A DNA stretch of 64,000 bases from the human T2T-CHM13v2.0 reference genome, Homo sapiens, in NCBI RefSeq assembly GCF_009914755.1, contig NC_060929.1. One strand, given 5' to 3'. Shown one piece after another: positions 57,764 through 64,000 of this stretch. Under the pieces are notes generated by a model that did not search any database, was not told where the DNA came from, and saw only the letters and a list, made by a program, of their open reading frames with translations. The first letter of the stretch is position 1. Every line of letters begins with the position of its first letter. A program made the translations under genes and the position numbers.

Positions 57764-58927
57764 TAGTAGAGAGGGGGTTTCACCATGTTGGCCAGGCTGG
57801 TCTCGAACTCCTGCCCTCTGATCTCAAGTGATCCACCCGCCTCAGCCTCCCAAAGTGTTGGAATTACAGGCGTGAGCCACCACACCTGGCCCCAAATGCT
57901 TTTTAAAAAATGTATTTTCCTTTAAAATATAAGGAGAGGTTATCTGTTCTAGTCACTTGTAAAGTGTACCCAGGCAGTCTGTGTTTTAAAAGTAACTGAA
58001 GCAGCTGTAGGGAGAAGGGTCTCCTCAGACTGTGGCAAGACCTGGATCTGAGAAATTGAAACTGTCCCCTCACATGCAACATGTGAACTGAAGAGTCAGA
58101 AGACAGCCCTGAGATTCCCCAGAGGGAGAATGGGGCCCCAGGGACACAGAGAAACAAGAACAGGAGCCCAGCAGAACAGGACAGATAAAGGTAGCCCACA
58201 CCTGGCCCAAGTGCCGCGAACATGGGAGACCTTCACAGCCTGATATCCGCCACAAGGCTGCAGGCTGACTCCTCATTGGCCCCATCTGTCCCCGCTCTTA
58301 CTCTACATGGAGAGTTTTGCCCAGCAGAGACCTCACCGACTAGGGGTGTGCCGTGGGCCCCGAGACTCAGGGAGAGAGCACGGGTGCAGAGGATAAACAG
58401 CAGAGCAGCCACTTGAATGTGTCACCCCTTCCCACCCTCCCACCTCTCCACACACACACACACACAAACCTCCTGCACATTCCTGATGTATTTGGCTGAG
58501 GGTATAGAACCCAGCACAAGTGAGGTGGTCTCCCCGGACAGAAGCAGCCCTCATGGGATCTTTACAAGCCCTCCTTGGGGGCCCTCCCAGGGGTGACGCT
58601 GTTCTCTGCATAGGGAGGGCCGGTCAGCCTTGAGAAAGAAGGCCAGCATTTGTGACACCACTGGCTCTTATACTCACATGCATATCACTGTCCTAAAAGA
58701 AATGACCACAACACCACTGTTCTCAAAGAAAACTACCTCGTCTCTACATTCCTGTTTAAGGACCTGTTTAGAAACATTGGGATCTCCTGGTTCTAAATCC
58801 TGAGACGCCATCCCCTTTGGGGCAAGGATGTGGCAGAGTCTGTGGCCAAATGTTCCTGAAGGGCATCTCTGCCTGCCTCCCCACACCCAGCACCTCCCCA
58901 CAAGGAGTAACCACATAGAGCATGGTG

Positions 58928-58928
<1 letters not shown>

Positions 58929-58974
<46 letters not shown>
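58929..58974. repeat. (AC)23 microsatellite
   Basis: Direct reading. Confidence 0.97.
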
Positions 58975-58976
<2 letters not shown>

Positions 58977-59762
58977 CTCTCTCAAGACATAGAGTAAATA
59001 TATATTTAACATATTTAGTTTCTTATTGATTTTGCAAAAAGAGGACAAGCATCCCTGAGTCTCTCCTTGTTGATACTCTTCTGGAAGCAGTATCATGCAA
59101 TGGAAAAACAGGAAATGCCAGGAGATTTTTGGATAAGCTGAAAGTGCCACCGAATCATTCTTTCCAGCTAGATGGCAATTTCGTCTAGGTAAAACTCTCT
59201 CCTGTATTTCTACTACACCATTCTCAAAGTTTTCCACAGTGCCCTGTAAATGGCAGGTGCTCCATAAATGCCTGTGGACTGAAAACTCATGGAATCAAAG
59301 GTTACATGCCCTCGTTCCTGCATATGTGAAATCCGCCATGTGCTGGCCCTGGCTGGCTATTTAAGAAACCAGATGAATAAGGTCTGGTGCCCACATGAAA
59401 CTCACACTCTAATGGAATTGAAAGACCTGTCCAGGGCATTCTGCTGTGGGATAACTTACCCTGACGGTATGGGCAGAATTTAGGGCCCAATCCTAGGAGT
59501 TCAGTAACTGAGAGATTTCAGAACTTGAATTGGAATTTTAGAGAATCCCAGAAATTAGAAGTTTCTTCCAAAACGCCGTAGGCTGCTAAGAGCCAGCCAT
59601 CTGCTAGTGAGGGCCCTGTTGCCCTGATCAGGGTGGGCCCTTCAGTGGCAGAGTTAGGATCAGGCCCAGTACTCCTGGCTGTCAAAATGTGAGCAAATGT
59701 TGGTGCCAGCTTTGACAGGTTTATTCAAGCACTTGTGTCTGTCTGTGCTCCTCCTCTCCCAG

Positions 59763-59958
59763 CCGCTCCTTCCAGGGTCTGAACGCCAGGTGCAGGCTCT
59801 CCTGAGCAGGTATGGCCCTGGGAAGCTGTACCAGGTGACAAGCAACATCAGTGGGACTGGGACTCTGGACCTGACTCTGCCTCGGGGCCAAATCGTGGCC
59901 ATCCTTCAAAACAAGGACACCAAAGGCAACAGCGGCCGCTGGCTGGTGGACACCGGGG
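59763..59958 (+). CDS. ARHGEF37: ARHGEF37 exon 11 (196 nt), first SH3 domain
   Basis: ctcccag|CCG, ...[45 protein letters not shown]|gtacgt, phase 0->1. Confidence 0.95.
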
Positions 59959-61495
59959 GTACGTGAGCCTTTGGGAGCCCTTCTTCTCCTTCGGGGAAAA
60001 CCACCCCACAGAAGCCGGTGCAGAGACCCGGGCACTCTTGTGGGTCAAAGTCTGGCTGGGCATTCCAGGATGGGAGTAGGCACAGGTGACACACACAGGG
60101 CTCAGGGCACAGTCAGTTTAGAGTGACTCCGTGGGACATGAAAAGCCAACAAGAGGAATTGAGGCATTCGTTGCAGGGTCTACCATGAAGCACCTATGGT
60201 GTGCTGGGCGCTGAGCATATAAGACAAGGCCCCTGCCTGGAGGGCCTTGCAGACCACTGAGGTCAACAGGGCTATATGGAGAGAACTCCAGGACCACCCT
60301 GAAAGATGGAGATGGGCACGGAGATAGAATGCCTGGACCCTGGCTACACCGCCAGAAGTCTGATGTGCAGAATGAGGGGAGCGATCATCCTGCCCACTCC
60401 ATACTGGTCATGGCCTTGGGAAGTGCTGCTGAGGTCTGGGTGCCCCAGTGTAACTGGGCTGAAGGGAAGTGGCACCATGAATCCAGGTGATATGGCCCAG
60501 GAGAGCATCTTCCGAAGAGGGGTGTGTGACCCACAATATGAGGGGTGCCTGAGATTATTGTCAGGGGATCCACAGACAGTTTTTCCCCCTTCAGACAGTG
60601 TATTATAATTGTTACTTAAGCATTTTAATGTGTATTAGAAAAAATATAAGTAGTCCATAATTCCATGATTATAATCATATTATTGTATATAGTACAAGAT
60701 GAAGTTTTAAAAAGTGAGTCAATTAAAAAATTAAGAAAGCGGTACAAATCAGACAGAAATCATGAAACAGCACTTCCATGACTTAAGGTGGGAACCACAG
60801 AACGGGTATTAAGCAAGGCCCCCGAGGCCAAGAGGACTGGATTTGGATTCCAGCTCCACCACTTTGCTGACTGTGTGATCTCAGGGAAGTCATGGAGCCA
60901 GTCTGAGCTCGGCTGGTTGAACGTAAAATGGAGAGGATAATATCACTGGCTGCCCTCAAGAGGTGATGTGAAGACTATGTAATGAAATGCTTGCTCTGTA
61001 GTTTGGCACACCCTCAGGAAGTGATAGCCATTCATAATGACAGCAATCAGAACAGCACTGGACTAGTTGCTACACATAAAGGAACTGGGCTCACATGGAG
61101 AGGAGAAAGGCAGTCTCCGCCTCCTAGGAAAGGCAGTCCTGGGGAGAGGAAGCAGCTCTTGCTCTGGGCAGACACCAGAGGGGCATGGGAGCTGGCGGCT
61201 CCATCAGATAAGCAGTTTTCATGCCAGTCCAGGGACAAACTTTTAGTCTCTATCATAGCTGATCAAAGGGAGTCGTCTGTCCGGTAGGGAATGAGCCCCC
61301 CATCACTGGGGTGTGTGAGCAGAAGCCAGAAACGGTGAGTGTGGGGCAGGGGGGTTCAGGGTTCCTAGATGACCTTTTGGTTCTCTTGGGTGTTGAGAAG
61401 CTGTGTTGGAAACATTTATATCCATGGATTTTCTCCCTCATTAAAAGGGACGGGAAGGTGGCCCGCAGCCTGCTAACCTTCTGCATGCTCCCTAG

Positions 61496-61653
61496 GACAT
61501 CGTGGGTATGTGCCGGCTGGGAAACTACAGCTGTACCATGTGGTCCCCAGTGCAGAGGAGCTCAGAAGGCAGGCGGGGCTGAACAAAGACCCCCGATGTC
61601 TAACACCGGAGCCCAGCCCAGCTCTAGTGCCCTCTATTCCCACCATGAACCAG
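61496..61653 (+). CDS. ARHGEF37: ARHGEF37 exon 12 (158 nt), end of SH3-1 and linker
   Basis: ccctag|GA CAT, (G)[13 protein letters not shown] (SH3 GYVP motif)...PTMNQ, CAG|gtgagt; no stop codon, so the gene continues beyond the window. Confidence 0.95.
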
Positions 61654-61902
61654 GTGAGTATAGGAGAGGGCTGGGGGCTTGCCTCCCATCGGCCATCCGG
61701 ACTGTGGCTTGGATTTTCCTTCTCTCTCAAAGTCTATGCCCCTCCTGTCTGGTGGGGCTGCCACTCTGTGAGACCAAGGCCTTGATCAATGGCCATGCCA
61801 GTGTCCCAGCCAGGAGTGGGACCTGAAGAAGGGGGCCTCCCACCCCTACCACAGCAACCACAAAGAACTAACCCCTTGTTCCTCATCAGCAGGGCAAGTG
61901 AG

Positions 61903-61934
61903 ATTCATTCATTCATTCATTCATTCATTCATTC
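61903..61934. repeat. (ATTC)8, probably an L2 tail
   Basis: Direct reading; followed by L2-like tgccaggcactgtactagatg. Confidence 0.9.
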
Positions 61935-62419
61935 AATATTTGCCAGGCACTGTACTAGATGAGAGATACAATGATGAGCAAAACTAAATCATGGTCTTTG
62001 CTTTCCTCAAACTTCTAATCTGAGAGTAGGGAAAACAGTGATTAAGAAAATAATTTCATGACTAACTGAAGTTAAAGTTAATAGCAGAGGTAAGTACCAG
62101 AGCCCTAGGTGTGGAGAGGTCCAGGAAAGGTTTTGCTGAGAAGAGTGGTGCTTTTTCTCAAACAGGAAGGGAGAGAGGGAATTAATTGGATAAAGAGGGT
62201 GTACTGGGGTGCAGATGGAAAGAGCTCTGCAGAAAAGGCCCAGTGACAGGAGAGGGCAGGAGGTATATGAGGAACCGAATGAAGCCAGTGTGGCCGGAGA
62301 AGAAAGGGGACAGACTGGAGTGTCGTGCTGCTGGAGAGGTGGGCAGGGACAGGCCAGCAGGGCCTTGTGGCCTTGACAAGGGTGTCAGTCTCAGTCTTTC
62401 TCTGAAGAGCAATGGGCAG

Positions 62420-62895
62420 CATGTGTATGCGTGTTCATGGCGGCATTATTCATTGCAGCCAAAAAGTAGAAACAACCCACAGGCCCATCAATATGAATGG
62501 ATAAACACAACGCGAGCTCTTTGTACAATGGAATATTATTCAGCCATAGAGACGAATGAAACACCGGTACATGCTGCAGCATGGACAAGCCTTGAACACA
62601 TGCTGCTAAGTGAACAAAGTCAGATGCAAAAGGCCACATAGGATTCCATTATGTGGATGTCCAGAATGGGCAAATCCGTAGAGATAGAAGGTGGATGAAT
62701 GGCAGGGGCTGGGGGTGGGAGGTGGGGAATGGGGACTGCTAACTGGTGTGAAGTTTCTTTTTGGGGGTGATGAAAATGTTCTGGAATTAGATAGTGGGGA
62801 TAGTTGCATGTGTCTGCAAATATACTAAAAACCTCTGAATTGTACACTTTAAAAGGGTGAGTATTATAGAATGTGAATTATATCTGAAAAGTAAA
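62420..62895 (+). mobile_element. L1MB-type 3' end
   Basis: caatggaatattattcagccata...ggggtgatgaaaatgttctggaattagatagtgg...gaattgtacactttaaaagggtga. Confidence 0.8.
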
Positions 62896-63799
62896 GTGTT
62901 TGGAAGCCACTAAGGGATTTGGCTTTGCAGGGATGGAGTCCATGAGCGGGGAAGAAGTTCAGTGGGATGTTGGAAGGATGGGATGAGACAGTAAAGCTGG
63001 GCTGCATGTATTGTGAACCTCCCTCAATGGAGGCAGCCCTCACAATGATCAGCAGTTGAGGGTGGCAGGGGGTGTACCACAGGGGAAGCAGGAGCAACAG
63101 AAAGGATCTGGACAGAATCGGATGCCTCGGGCCAGGGTGGCTGGAGGAGCCTGCCGCAGGCTGTGAGTGCTGCATAGGTGTCTGGGAACCCTCTGCTCTA
63201 GTGCTTGTGCCACACCCACCGGGAAGGCTGTCAGGCCAGCATCCTTCAGCAGTAGCCAGAATTAAAGCACCAGGGGCTACAAAGCACCCACCAGAGCCCC
63301 ACGGGAGGGCCTGACCACCCAGCTCAGCCTCTGCCCCGGTGCCTCTGGGGACAGGAATGAGGTTACCCCCGCCGCCCAGCTCCAGTCAATGGGGGTGGTG
63401 TCTCAGGGACTCCCCATCCAGGGGCTCATTTGGGTGAGCTCAGCTGTCTATCTGCCCAAGCATATCAGCTGCTTCCTCTGGGACTCTGCAGGACTTGCCC
63501 GGGATCATCCCAGCCCTTCCATGGTGCTTAATGTTCCTGAGGCTTGACCATCAGTAATGACAGTAATGGTAAAACAAACAAACAAAAAACCTAAGCAGCC
63601 TGCATTTATTGAGCCCTTGCTATGTATGTATCAGGCACTGTGTAAAACCCTACACATGTATTCCTTCATGAAATTCTCTCAATGTCCTGAAGGGGATGGG
63701 ACCATTCCCTTCATTTTGCAGGTGGTAAAACAGGCTCAGAGAGGTTAAATATTAGCCTAATACATGCCCTCCTTGCCAATTGTTTTCTCTAGTTCAATT

Positions 63800-64000
63800 T
63801 ATTTTTCTTTCTTTCTTTCTTTCTTCCTTCCTTCTTTCCTTCCTTCCTTCCTTCCTTTCTTTTTTTCTTTTTTTTTTTTTCGGGGTCTGGCTCTGTGGCC
63901 CAGGCTGGAGTGCAGTGCCATGATCTCGGCTTACTGCAGCCTTACCTCCCAGGCTCAATTAATTCTCCCACCTCAGCCTCCTGAGTAGCTGGGATTACAG
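63800..64000 (-). mobile_element. (CTTT/CTTC)n tail and Alu right arm, truncated by the window edge
   Basis: Pyrimidine tail followed by caggctggagtgcagtg. Confidence 0.9.

Noticed and set aside
58674-59237. 187-aa minus-strand ORF
   Set aside because: Spans the (AC)23 repeat; antisense intronic, no homology recognised

Overview
Alu-rich primate (human-like) genomic DNA containing most of ARHGEF37, a DH-BAR-SH3-SH3 Rho GEF related to DNMBP/Tuba, on the + strand. There is a CpG-island promoter with a non-coding exon 1 (donor after 14360) and 11 coding exons between 30512 and 61653. These splice in phase with GT-AG boundaries into 1818 nt / 606 codons; the last coding exon lies beyond the window. 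The rest is interspersed repeat: about 50 Alus, decayed L1/L2/MIR, an ERVL-MLT2-MST nest, a solo HERV-H LTR7 with a nested AluY, several DNA-transposon fossils (MER47A, Tigger2a, Tigger3a, MER53, MER33), a U6 pseudogene and microsatellites. Repeat family names come from recalled consensus sequences, not from a search. I see no prokaryote-type novel system. Two signals stand out. (i) Intron 1 (20.1-25.0 kb) holds three inverted copies of local sequence, each pasted into or onto an antisense Alu 0.8-1.2 kb from its donor, with fold-back scars. (ii) A stop-free reading frame runs through exon 1 and splices in frame to the ARHGEF37 ATG, with a CUG in strong Kozak context.
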